Positions 13,101-25,746 of a stretch of 64,000 nt of DNA are shown piece by piece. The number at the start of each line of letters is the position of its first letter. Within the stretch, counting starts at the first letter, position 1. The notes beneath the pieces were generated by a model. The model was not told the DNA's origin and did no database searches. It saw only the letters and a program-made list of their open reading frames with translations. A program made the position numbers and the translations under genes. The stretch spans positions 29,512,001-29,576,000 of the forward strand of contig OZ024750.1 in the NCBI GenBank assembly GCA_964016885.1, read 5' to 3'. This stretch comes from Eledone cirrhosa (taxonomy: Eukaryota).

Positions 13101-16100
13101 ACCACTATAATGGACAGTGGCTAGCTACCACCACTATAATGGACAGTGGCTAGCTACCACCACTATAGTGGACAGTGGCTAGCTACCACCACTATAATGG
13201 ACAGTGGCTAGCTACCACCACTATAGTGGACAGTGGCTAGCTACCACCACTATAATGGACAGTGGCTAGCTACCACCACTATAGTGGCCAGTGGCTAGCT
13301 ACCACCACTATAATGGACAGTGGCTAGCTACCACCACTATAGTGGACAGTGGCTAGCTACCACCACTATACTGGACAGTGGCTAGCTACCACCACTATAA
13401 TGGACAGTGGCTAGCTACCACCACTATAGTGGCCAGTGGCTAGCTACCACCACTATACTGGACAGTGGCTAGCTACCACCACTATAATGGACAGTGGCTA
13501 GCTACCACCACTATAGTGGACAGTGGCTAGCTACCACCACTATAGTGGACAGTGGCTAGCTACCACTATAGTGGACAGTGGCTAGCTACCACCACTATAA
13601 TGGACAGTGGCTAGCTACCACCACTATAATGGACAGTGGCTAGCTACCACCACTATAGTGGACAGTGGCTAGCTACCACCACTATAATGGACAGTGGCTA
13701 GCTACCACCACTATAGTGGACAGTGGCTAGCTACCACCACTATAGTGGACAGTGGCTAGCTACCACCACTATAGTGGACAGTGGCTAGCTACCACCACTA
13801 TAGTGGACAGTGGCTAGCTACCACCACTATAATGGACAGTGGCTAGCTACCACCACTATAGTGGACAGTGGCTAGCTACCACCACTATAATGGACAGTGG
13901 CTAGCTACCACCACTATAATGGACAGTGGCTAGCTACCACCACTATAATGGACAGTGGCTAGCTACCACCACTATAGTGGACAGTGGCTAGCTACCACCA
14001 CTATAATGGACAGTGGCTAGCTACCACCACTATAATGGACAGTGGCTAGCTACCACCACTATAATGGACAGTGGCTAGCTACCACCACTATAGTGGACAG
14101 TGGCTAGCTACCACCACTATAATGGCCAGTGGCTAGCTACCACCACTATAATGGACAGTGGCTAGCTACCACCACTATAGTGGACAGTGGCTAGGTACCA
14201 CCACTATAGTGGACAGTGGCTAGCTACCACCACTATAATGGACAGTGGCTAGCTACCACCACTATAATGGACAGTGGCTAGCTACCACCACTATAGTGGA
14301 CAGTGGCTAGCTACCACCACTATAGTGGACAGTGGCTAGCTACCACTATAGTGGACAGTGGCTAGCTACCACCACTATAATGGACAGTGGCTAGCTACCA
14401 CCACTATAGTGGACAGTGGCTAGCTACCACCACTATAGTGGACAGTGGCTAGCTACCACCACTATAATGGACAGTGGCTAGCTACCACCACTATAGTGGA
14501 CAGTGGCTAGCTACCACCACTATAGTGGACAGTGGCTAGCTACCACCACTATAATGGACAGTGGCTAGCTACCACCACTATAGTGGACAGTGGCTAGCTA
14601 CCACCACTATAGTGGACAGTGGCTAGCTACCACCACTATAGTGGACAGTGGCTAGCTACCACCACTATAGTGGACAGTGGCTAGCTACCACCACTATAAT
14701 GGACAGTGGCTAGCTACCACCACTATAGTGGACAGTGGCTAGCTACCACCACTATAGTGGACAGTGGCTAGCTACCACCACTATAGTGGACAGTGGCTAG
14801 CTACCACCACTATACTGGACAGTGGCTAGCTACCACCACTATAGTGGACAGTGGCTAGCTACCACCACTATAGTGGACAGTGGCTAGCTACCACCACTAT
14901 AGTGGACAGTGGCTAGCTACCACCACTATACTGGACAGTGGCTAGCTACCACCACTATACTGGACAGTGGCTAGCTACCACCACTATACTGGACAGTGGC
15001 TAGCTACCACCACTATAGTGGACAGTGGCTAGCTACCACTATACTGGACAGTGGCTAGCTACCACTATAATGGACAGTGGCTAGCTACCACTATAGTGGA
15101 CAGTGGCTAGCTACCACTATAATGGACAGTGGCTAGCTACCACCACTATAATGGACAGTGGCTAGCTACCACCACTATACTGGACAGTGGCTAGCTACCA
15201 CCACTATAGTGGACAGTGGCTAGCTACCACTATACTGGACAGTGGCTAGCTACCACCACTATAATGGACAGTGGCTAGCTACCACCACTATAGTGGACAG
15301 TGGCTAGCTACCACCACTATAGTGGACAGTGGCTAGCTACCACCACTATAGTGGACAGTGGCTAGCTACCACCACTATAGTGGACAGTGGCTAGCTACCA
15401 CCACTATAGTGGACAGTGGCTAGCTACCACCACTATACTGGACAGTGGCTAGCTACCACCACTATACTGGACAGTGGCTAGCTACCACCACTATAATGGA
15501 CAGTGGATAGCTACCACCACTATACTGGACAGTGGCTAGCTACCACCACTATACTGGACAGTGGCTAGCTACCACCACTATACTGGACAGTGGCTAGCTA
15601 CCACCACTATACTGGACAGTGGCTAGGCACCACTATAGTGGACAGTGGCTAGCTACCACCACTATAATGGACAGTGACTAGCTACCACCACTATAATGGA
15701 CAGTGACTAGCTACCACCACTATAATGGACAGTGACTAGCTACCACCACTATAGTGGACAGTGGCTAGCTACCACCACTATAATGGACAGTGGCTAGCTA
15801 CCACCACTATACTGGACAGTGGCTAGCTACCACCACTATAATGGACAGTGGCTAGCTACCACCACTATACTGGACAGTGGCTAGCTACCACCACTATAAT
15901 GGACAGTGGCTAGCTACCACCACTATAGTGGACAGTGGCTAGCTACCACCACTATACTGGACAGTGACTAGCTACCACCACTATAATGGACAGTGGCTAG
16001 CTACCACCACTATACTGGACAGTGGCTAGCTACCACCACTATAATGGACAGTGGCTAGCTACCACCACTATACTGGACAGTGACTAGCTACCACCACTAT

Positions 16101-16514
16101 AATGGACAGTGGCTAGCTACCACCACTATAATGGACAGTGACTAGCTACCACCACTATAATGGACAGTGACTAGCTACCACCACTATAGTGGACAGTGGC
16201 TAGCTACCACCACTATAATGGACAGTGGCTAGCTACCACCACTATACTGGACAGTGGCTAGCTACCACCACTATAATGGACAGTGACTAGCTACCACCAC
16301 TATAATGGACAGTGACTAGCTACCACCACTATAGTGGACAGTGGCTAGCTACCACCACTATAATGGACAGTGGCTAGCTACCACCACTATACTGGACAGT
16401 GGCTAGCTACCACCACTATACTGGACAGTGGCTAGCTACCACCACTATACTGGACAGTGGCTAGCTACCACCACTATAGTGGACAGTGGCTAGCTACCAC
16501 CACTATAGTGGACA
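10160..16514. repeat. 29/26-bp satellite, roughly 220 copies
   Basis: Unit CTACCACCACTATAGTGGACAGTGGCTAG; variants lose one ACC or carry TATA(G/A/C)TGG. Confidence 0.98.
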
Positions 16515-16703
16515 CAGTCATTAGGTTTCTTCTAATTCTCTAATGTTTCTTTTGGCTCCAGTTTAAACCTGATTTTATTTGTACGAACCAATGATTCAAT
16601 CCCATTCTTTGTACTAACAGTAATAGTGTTTCCAGTTTCTCTCACAAACTTTACTACTTCTGCTGTTGAATCGATATTTCTTAATACTACATTTGCTGAT
16701 ATA

Positions 16704-16900
16704 CAGACCTGTCAACTCTCCCCATCCGACGGGGAGATCTCCCACCGACTTTGGGATGGGTGAGAGATGTCTTTTCTTGTGAAAATGGGTATAGCTTTCT
16801 TTATGTAAAATCTCCCCCATTTTGCCTCATTTTTCCCCGTTTTGGGACACAATTTTTTCCTGGTACGCCCCATTTGGGTTTTTAGATGTTGACAGCTCTG
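16704..16900. mobile_element. MITE with 13-bp imperfect TIRs
   Basis: CAGACCTGTCAAC ... GTTGACAGCTCTG; no clear TSD. Confidence 0.7.
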
Positions 16901-17783
16901 GGTATATTGAATAGAAGGATATAGTTAAATGGGCATGGGTCGGCCGTTTAGTTAAAGCAGAAATACTTTCTAATTTGTTAGTATATGGAATGGTACGATA
17001 ACTGAGCAACAGACCGGATGAAAAGAAAAAAACCCAGAAGAAAAAGACGACAAAGGAGAAGAAGATAGACTCCTTCGATCCTCTCCCTTCTCTTCTTGTT
17101 TCCTTTCATTTTTAGCTGAGCACCATTAAATTCGGTTACTATGCAATGGAAGACGAACTTTCGTACACTTGAGCAATTATGTTTTTTTTTCTTCAAAGAA
17201 CCAGATTCATCAACGTTCGTTATATCTGCTGAGAAATAGTCTGGCCACTTCTATGTTCATTAAGTAGACATCGACTTAATTAAAGACATCTTTCACAATT
17301 AATGAATGAGATCTTTCACAAAGTTCTTCAATTTCTATCAACGTTAAATCACAACAGAAGATAAGTGAGGCAAACAGTTTTATAATTCTATCAATGATTA
17401 AATGTGAGATAAGTTGAAAACGTTATTAATATGATGCAGTGTGTGTGTAAGTGTGTGTGTCTGTATGTGTGTGAGTATCTGTATGTGTGAGTGTATGCGT
17501 GTGAGCATTATTAACCTTTTCGTCAGCCACTACTACCATAATATGTCGTCTGCCAACGGATGACATTTGACCCTTTGTAATCTCATTTTTGATTTAGACA
17601 AAAACAAACTAATAATTGACTGAATTAGGTAGTTTTTCCATATTTCATGATAACTCATTCAAAACAGAAGCAGTTTTTATAAGGGTCTGCAATTTCTTTC
17701 ATCAAAACCAACGATGCAGAAGACCAACTCCAACTAAGTGTAGTTTTCAGATGACTCACTTTTTACACGTCCACGAAAAATGC

Positions 17784-17975
17784 TAAACCTTGCATTTCCA
17801 AAGAACAAAAATGTATGTTATTCTAGTTATTCTTTTGTAGATATATCTTTGTTTTTATAAGTATCTTCCTTGTATATATATATATACAAGGAAGATACTT
17901 ATAAAAACAAAGATATATCTACAAAAGAATAACTAGAATAACATACATTTTTGTTCTTTGGAAATGCAAGGTTTA
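17784..17975. repeat. Perfect 192-bp palindrome centred on (TA)7
   Basis: TAAACCTTGCATTTCC...CTTCCTTG(TA)7CAAGGAAG...GGAAATGCAAGGTTTA. Confidence 0.95.
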
Positions 17976-18187
17976 TATATATATATATATATACAAATGG
18001 AAGTTTAGTAAAATCGAAGTTTCGGCTGTAGCCAAGCTAACAAAATACAATTAAGAATTATGCAGCCAAGCACTCGATGAGGCTGTGTTCAGGGTAATAA
18101 CACACGTTAGATATCAGGACAAGTTGAAAACTGACAGGAAAGCCTAGCCACAACACCGAAGCAACGAAAAAACTTTCAGGTTAGATA

Positions 18188-18221
<34 letters not shown>

Positions 18222-18238
<17 letters not shown>

Positions 18239-18427
18239 TTTTTATAGAAGGAGCTTCTACAGGACTAGTACTGTTTCATTCAGATGAAATCTTCAGGAAT
18301 CTGAATGAAACAGTACTAGTCCTGTAGAAGCTCCTTCTATAAAAAAAAAATTAAAAAAATGTTACTCTGCCATGTATTGAGTACCTTACTTACTGTGGTT
18401 ATCCCCGACTCAACCCGGGACCTACGT
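18222..18427. mobile_element. Family A fold-back element, second copy, with hammerhead core CUGAAGA on the minus strand (18253-18299)
   Basis: Minus strand TTC CTGAAGA T TTC ATCT GAA T GAA ACAG TACTAGTC CTGT A GAAGC; family A tail follows; flanked by TA tracts. Confidence 0.7.
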
Positions 18428-18450
18428 ATATATATATATATATATATATA

Positions 18451-18755
18451 CAGCTGTCCCCCGGTATTTGCGGGGGTTACGTTCCTAGAGCACCTGTGAA
18501 GAGTGAACAACCGCTAATATTGGACGTGGTCCATAAAAATGCCTATAAATATCAAAACATAACGTAAAATATAGGCCGGCAAACGCGGTATATTGTTATT
18601 AATAATTAAGAGTTTAAAAACGTGAGAAAATATATAAAAAAATCGCGGAAGATATTTACGATTCCGCGAATATTCGGTCGTTTTCCTCCAACAATTATTA
18701 GTTAGAATCTAAGGAAAAACCCGCGAATAGCCGGGACAGCGAATGCCGGGGTACA

Positions 18756-18758
<3 letters not shown>
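18451..18758. mobile_element. Tc1/mariner (Tigger/pogo-like) MITE inserted in (TA)n
   Basis: TA|CAGCTGTCCCCCGGTATTTGCG ... GCGAATGCCGGGGTACACTG|TA, imperfect TIRs. Confidence 0.75.
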
Positions 18759-18829
<71 letters not shown>

Positions 18830-18935
18830 TAAATAAATAACCAAGGTTTAATACATTATTTAATTGATTTACACATGTTTCATTCAAATACAGAAGGAGG
18901 CAGCATTCAATTCATTGAATTACCTTATATACGAA

Positions 18936-19234
18936 TAGGGCCCCGCGAGGTGGGGTGGGATGGTTTTTGCAGCGGGTGTCGTTGGCCATTATCCGCGGGA
19001 ATACTTCTGCAGTTTTGTCCGCGCGGTGCAGCCCCTTTTATCGCCGCGCCCTAGGCCCAGAGCCCAAACACCCTCCCCATTTTTCTGTGACACTAGAGTC
19101 CTTACCATTCCCTCCCTGTTCCGTTTTTTTCTTTATATTTTCCTATTTTACATTACATTCTTTCTTCTCAATCTAAATTTTCTTTTTTTTTTATTAAATT
19201 GTATTTACATGATATATTCCATGAAGAAATATAC

Positions 19235-19236
<2 letters not shown>
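18936..19236 (+). mobile_element. 5'-truncated CRE-like (restriction-like endonuclease) non-LTR retrotransposon 3' end
   Basis: WFLQRVSLAIIRGNTSAVL matches the QR.S.A..RGN C-terminal motif of CRE-clade elements; T-rich 3' UTR runs into (TA)n. Confidence 0.6.
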
Positions 19237-19269
<33 letters not shown>

Positions 19270-19277
<8 letters not shown>

Positions 19278-19392
19278 ATACTTTGGGAGGGTCATGCCGC
19301 CAATAAAAACACACGCAGCATGACCCTTCCAAAGTATAACAATATCTGTTTCAACACATGTTTTCAGAAAAGAAATCTTACAAAACAAATTA
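19270..19392. mobile_element. Fold-back element, family C
   Basis: TATTGTTATACTTTGGGAGGGTCATGC/GCATGACCCTTCCAAAGTATAACAATA inverted; homologues at 26010-26105, 32607-32765 and 41885-41968. Confidence 0.6.
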
Positions 19393-20265
19393 AAAAACGA
19401 AGTATATACAATATATATATATATATATAATATATATATATATAATATATATAAGAGTATTGAAGTTTGCTTGATTGTGGAATAATAAGATTGGGGGGGG
19501 GGGTCGTTTTGGAAGCCTCAACAATGCAGATGGGTAAATCTCCGGGTAACAGAATCCGGTGGTGAAGAGAGAGATGTAAGGGAATGTAGAATGAGATGTA
19601 TAGTGTGTAGAGGAACCTAGGAAAGAGCGTTAAAAATAAAAATAATAACACGAGATAGAGTTACCTTGGGAGAGATTTAATTGTCCCTATATTTCGGATT
19701 CGCATCCATCAACTGAGGGGGGGGGGGTATCTGTCGGAGAGGAACGGTACGTGGCCTCTGCTGTCCGCTGTTTGTATGTATTGTATTATAAGAACAGATT
19801 AAAGTTTACGCAAAGAATCGCTGCTTTCATCATTAACGGGATCTTCTGAAACTAAAAAAAAAAAATCTGTCTTTTAAATCATTTAGAAGTGAAGCATATC
19901 AATTTGTCTCTGGATGTTTACTGAGGAGAGCGGGACATGATATTCCTACACTTATTTAACTCGAAACATATTTGGATCTTAAAGTCTAAACTTATCTACG
20001 GAATAGGTTTGATTTTGAAATTTAAATGTGTCTAAACATCACGGCCTTTTGCCAATACAGTTCGTCTCCGTTGATTTATTATTTTAAATCGATATGGACA
20101 AACTGTAGTATAATAATTAGTATACTTCAATCTGGCTAAATTTTTCTTTTGCAATATATATACAGATATGTTGGTATCTGTGTTTCATCACTTACATATT
20201 AATTTATACACTGCTCAGGGGATATTTTTCCTCATTCGAGCTGATTCCATTGTAAAAGAATTCAT

Positions 20266-20308
<43 letters not shown>

Positions 20309-20310
20309 CA

Positions 20311-20476
20311 CCACAAGCGGTCACTAATAACAATGGACGCAAGCTCTCTTATCTCGATATCATCTCCAGAGATTCTGGTATTGAAATCCAGGACTTGGCA
20401 AAGGCAATGAACGACAGACCCACTTGGAGATCAATTGTGAAGTCCATTTCGGCTGAGGCCGCCTGGTGACGATGAT
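20311..20476 (+). pseudogene. RTE/RTEX-like LINE 3' end
   Basis: GRKLSYLDIISRDSGIEIQDLAKAMNDRPTWRSIV...* followed by a GAT-like tail. Confidence 0.65.
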
Positions 20477-20519
20477 ACACACACATACATACAGACACAC
20501 ACACGCACACATATATTAT

Positions 20520-20750
20520 ATCCTCATCCTCATCATTTTACGTCCGTCCGCTTTTCCATGCTTGCAAGGGTGGGACAGGTCCTATTAAGCACGGCATCTC
20601 TCCATTCGTCACGGTCCTTTGTCATCTCCTCCGTGAGTTTCAGCGATCTGAGGTCTGCTCTCACCACCTCCGCCCATGTTTTTCGTGGTCTTCCTCGACT
20701 GCATCTTCCTTCTACTGGGATTTCTTGGCACTTCTTTACCCAGCGGTAAA
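20520..20750 (-). mobile_element. RTE LINE 3' end, (GAT)n-tailed family
   Basis: WVKKCQEIPVEGRCSRGRPRKTWAEVVRADL...DRDEWR motif, then TGATGAGGATGA tail. Confidence 0.9.
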
Positions 20751-21039
20751 TATATGCAAACAAACAAGAGAGTCAGTTGTCAAAAACCTGAAAGTAACTA
20801 CTAGTAGAAACCAAAGTTTTCCACGAATTCAAGCAAACAGTTGAAGCTACCCACATACGACCTCACACACCAGACCTTTACACCCAGGTGGTGCTGTATG
20901 ATACCAGAATAATATAATATATATGTAGGGAAAATCAGAGACATCTAAGTGACTACAGAATAAAACCATTCAATGGTATATCTTTTTTATCCAGATTATT
21001 GACAAAGTAAAGAGTGTCAATCAATCTTTCAACTGAATT

Positions 21040-22285
21040 ATATATATAATATACCAAATATACATACATATATACACATATATAATATACCAAATATACA
21101 TACATATATGCACATATATAATATACCAAATATACATACATATATACACATATATAATATACCAAATATACATACATATATACACATATATAATATACCA
21201 AATATACATACATATATACACATATATAATATACCAAACATACATACATATATACACATATATAATATACCAAATATACATACATATATACACATATATA
21301 ATATACCAAATATACATACATATATACACATATATAATATACCAAATATACATACATATATACACATATATAATATACCAAACATACATACATATATACA
21401 CATATATAATATACCAAACATACATACATATATACACATATATAATATACCAAACATACATACATATATACACATATATAATATACCAAATATACATACA
21501 TATATACACATATATAATATACCAAATATACATACATATATACACATATATAATATACCAAACATACATACATATATACACATATATAATATACCAAATA
21601 TACATACATATATACACATATATAATATACCAAACATACATACATATATACACATATATAATATACCAAACATACATACATATATACACATATATAATAT
21701 ACCAAACATACATACATATATACACATATATAATATACCAAATATACATACATATATACACATATATAATATACCAAATATACATTCATATATACACATT
21801 ATATAATATACCAAACATACATACATATATACACATATATAATATACCAAACATACATACATATATACACATATATAATATACCAAATATACATATATAC
21901 ACATATATAATATACCAAATATACATACATATATACACATATATAATATACCAAACATACATACATATATACACATATATAATATACCAAATATACATAC
22001 ATATATACACATATATAATATACCAAATATACATACATATATACACATATAATATACCAAATATACATACATATATACACATATATAATATACCAAACAT
22101 ACATACATATATACACATATATAATATACCAAACATACATACATATATACACATATATGATATACCAAACATACATACATATATACACATATATAATATA
22201 CCAAATATACATACATATATACACATATATAATATACCAAATATACATACATATATACACATATAATATACCAAATATACATACA
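21040..22285. repeat. 36-bp minisatellite, about 34 copies
   Basis: ATATACCAAA(T/C)ATACATACATATATACACATATATA. Confidence 0.95.
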
Positions 22286-22677
22286 TATATACACATACAT
22301 ACACATACACATACATACACAGATATATACACGCATACGCATGCATACACACATATGCACATACATACACATACACAATACATGCACACATATACACACG
22401 CAGGCATACATACACACACATATACACACAGACATAGACATATACATACACACACATATACACACACACATATGCACACACACACACACATGCACACACA
22501 CACGCACACGTATTCCTTGAAAAACAGGTTTGTATTCTGAGTTGATTATTAACAAATTGTAAACACATTGGTAGTGAATGGAAAGGAAAGATATTTTAGT
22601 AAGGCATACATAGCGATTCTCAGAAATGATGTGTGTATGAATGTTGTTTGTGGCAATGATTATGGTAGGAAGACATA

Positions 22678-22728
<51 letters not shown>

Positions 22729-22827
22729 AGAAACACAGTAAACCGTGTGTTTCTTACTATATATTGTTAATCGGCTCAGTATTTATTTGCACTTTATACT
22801 TAGAGCTTAATGGTTACAGGGTTCTAA

Positions 22828-22864
<37 letters not shown>

Positions 22865-22989
22865 CGAGAGAGAGAGAGAGAGAGAGAGATCACGAAAATA
22901 TCCGTGGGAAAGTAAAATGAGCAAAAAAAACATCACTCTGTCTAGTGCAAGAGAGCTAATTTATCATGATATGATTCATATGATATGCA

Positions 22990-23181
22990 GTGCGCTACCT
23001 TGGGTTTCAAGGCACAGGTATGTCAGCAACTGCAGATTGTACGTGGTGGAGTAGAATGCATGACGCAACAGTGCCTATGCCTCTCTCTTCAGAAACATTA
23101 CCCTGCTGCTTCATACATTCTCACCACCATGCACAGTCCACAGTTGCTGGCATATTTGTGCCTCGAAACCTAAGGTAGCAC
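22990..23181. mobile_element. Fold-back MITE with ~78-bp imperfect arms
   Basis: GCTACCTTGGGTTTCAAGGCACA... versus ...TGTGCCTCGAAACCTAAGGTAGC. Confidence 0.7.
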
Positions 23182-23218
23182 AGTAGACGGTATGTGTGTG
23201 AATCATTATAAATACTAA

Positions 23219-23411
23219 AGGGCGGTGGATTGGCAGTATCAGTAGAGGGTCGGACGCCATGCTTTCCAGCATAGTTACGTCCCTTTACGATCTGAGTTCA
23301 AATCCCGCCGAGGTTGACTTTGCCTTTCATCCTTACGGGGTCGATAAAATAAAGTACCAGTAATACACTGGGATAATTGCTGGCCTTGTGCCTAAAGTAG
23401 AAACAATTATA
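23219..23411 (+). mobile_element. SINE family 1, near full length
   Basis: A box TGGCAGTATCAG, B box GAGTTCAAATCC, body GCCTTTCATCCTTACGGGGTCGATAAAATAAAGTACCAG (resembles the Deu/Nin-type domain; unverified). Confidence 0.9.
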
Positions 23412-23680
23412 AATACTAAAAGAAAAACCACCCTTTGGGTGGTTTTCTGCTACCATGTGTAGTGTGCATATTGATATTATATGCAAATATATATGCATGT
23501 AGATATGATACATCAAATAAAATCGTCATTGGCAATATGCACAGAAATCGAAGAGAGACTGTGTTACACTGTCTTCTGTCATCAGTAAAGTAATCCATGA
23601 TACATTTAAAAAGGACGATATTATATATAAACATGTGTGTGTATGTATGCGTATGTGTATGTATATGTATATATATGTAC

Positions 23681-23733
<53 letters not shown>

Positions 23734-23960
23734 TAAAAATTAGCGAGAATCGAATTTCAGCCTATGAAATAACGAAAAAACACTTTCGAATTGTGAGGCA
23801 AGCGCTCAATAATTCGAAAGAATTAGAGCTTACAACTTACGTTAAAGGCCAAACACACTGAGATGGTGGTTAAACTAATTATCCACACAGCGAAGATTCG
23901 ATCTCCTATATTTCGGGTCAAACAGATATACAGATATAAAAATATATGAAAGCATAAATG

Positions 23961-24040
<80 letters not shown>

Positions 24041-24048
<8 letters not shown>

Positions 24049-24707
24049 AAGTGAGTCCTCATCAGTGACGCCTCCAACCGTCCTCGGCATTTCATCGCTT
24101 TAAGGGCCATATGCCTCAGGTTGGTGCGAACAACGGCTAAAAAAAGTCGTTGGGACACGTAAATAAAGGGGGACATTAGAGTAACAACAAAAGGGTTATA
24201 GCAACGGAAAGTGAGTAGAAATAGACAAGTCCCAGATCTCTATGAATATAAACTCTGTGAAATCGTGAACAAGAGACGAAAGACGATCGAACCTGGTAGA
24301 AATGTGAGCAAGGAAAGAATTTCGCCCAAGTTCGACAGAGGGGAAAAAGGAGAGAGAGAGAGAGAACGAAAACTGGTCTACGAATTCGGTAAACGCAAGT
24401 TTTGTGAAGTCGCAGACGAAAGAGAGAGAGAAAAAAAATTATTACCAGCTCGGTCAAGACTGCACGAGGAAAGAATTACACACAGGTCAAACTTGAAGGA
24501 GGAGGAGGAAAGAGGAGGAGGAGAGGTAGTGACAGAGAATGAGTGAGTGAAAGTTGAGGAGAGGGTAACAGAGAGGAGACTGCTAAAAGTGGTAGAGATA
24601 CAAGGAACGAAACAGACAGGCAGCATGGAAAGTATATGTGTAAATATGGTGATAATGGGGCTGCGGCGTTGCAAATGGGATACATATGAAAAAGTGAGTC
24701 CTCATCA
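24041..24707. mobile_element. (TA)n-embedded element with 24-bp terminal direct repeats
   Basis: ATATGAAAAAGTGAGTCCTCATCA at 24041-24064 and 24684-24707. Confidence 0.6.
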
Positions 24708-25278
24708 TATATATATATTAGTGTGTGTAAATTTATTTTATTAGTTAGTGAAGCTTTTAGAAAATAATGTGATGTTTCTCAGAGAAACATAGCATTCTAT
24801 TTCAGCTTTTTGTAATAATTTTGAGCAAAACATGGAAAAATTGTTGATTCCATGCAGCAATTACCAAGATGCTATTTATTGAGATCTATCTAACTAGCAA
24901 CTCACTAAAATTGTATATATTTTTCACTTAATGGATTTTTCCATAGACTTAAACATGGTCAGATAATGAAAACCACAATAATTTATTCATTAACAGTTGA
25001 ACTTCATTAACAATAGACACCTTTCTTACTTTCATGTTGTTGTTTTTTTAGCCAATACTAAAGACATGGAGATATCACGTGTGTTCACATGTGAATAGAT
25101 GAATATATTATGCATTCTACTTATGGCAATTGGAAAGATGAATTTCTGATGTTGTTTTGGCAGCCTGTCAGATCTCGATAACCAGTGAAATATTTTGATG
25201 CATTTACAAATATGTTTGCACATACATACACTTATATATTTATATATATATATATATACATACACTTATATATTTATA

Positions 25279-25336
<58 letters not shown>

Positions 25337-25384
25337 GTATATATATATATATGCACACACACAAACACCCACGCGCACACTCAC

Positions 25385-25424
<40 letters not shown>

Positions 25425-25457
25425 ATATATACATATATGTGTGTGCATATATACATA

Positions 25458-25490
<33 letters not shown>

Positions 25491-25538
25491 GTATATGTAT
25501 ATATGTATATGTATATATGTATGCGTATATATATATAA

Positions 25539-25709
25539 CAAAGGAATTGTGGTAAGGAACCAGATGGACCATAACGCACCAGAGTACTCAATATTTAGGG
25601 TAGTAAAGTGGGAAATAGGAAAAAGTATGACCCCGACGGCAGAGCTCAAGCCGTTTCGACGGCTATTTCTGGACCACTTCCAGAAATAGCCGTCGGGGTC
25701 ATACTTTTT

Positions 25710-25746
<37 letters not shown>

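Noticed and set aside
10160-16514. CRISPR array (29-bp palindromic repeats)
   Set aside because: Repeats are head-to-tail with no unique spacers, there are no cas genes, and the context is eukaryotic
20953-22568. Tyr/Ile/Cys-rich ORFs
   Set aside because: Translations of a 36-bp minisatellite and a CA tract
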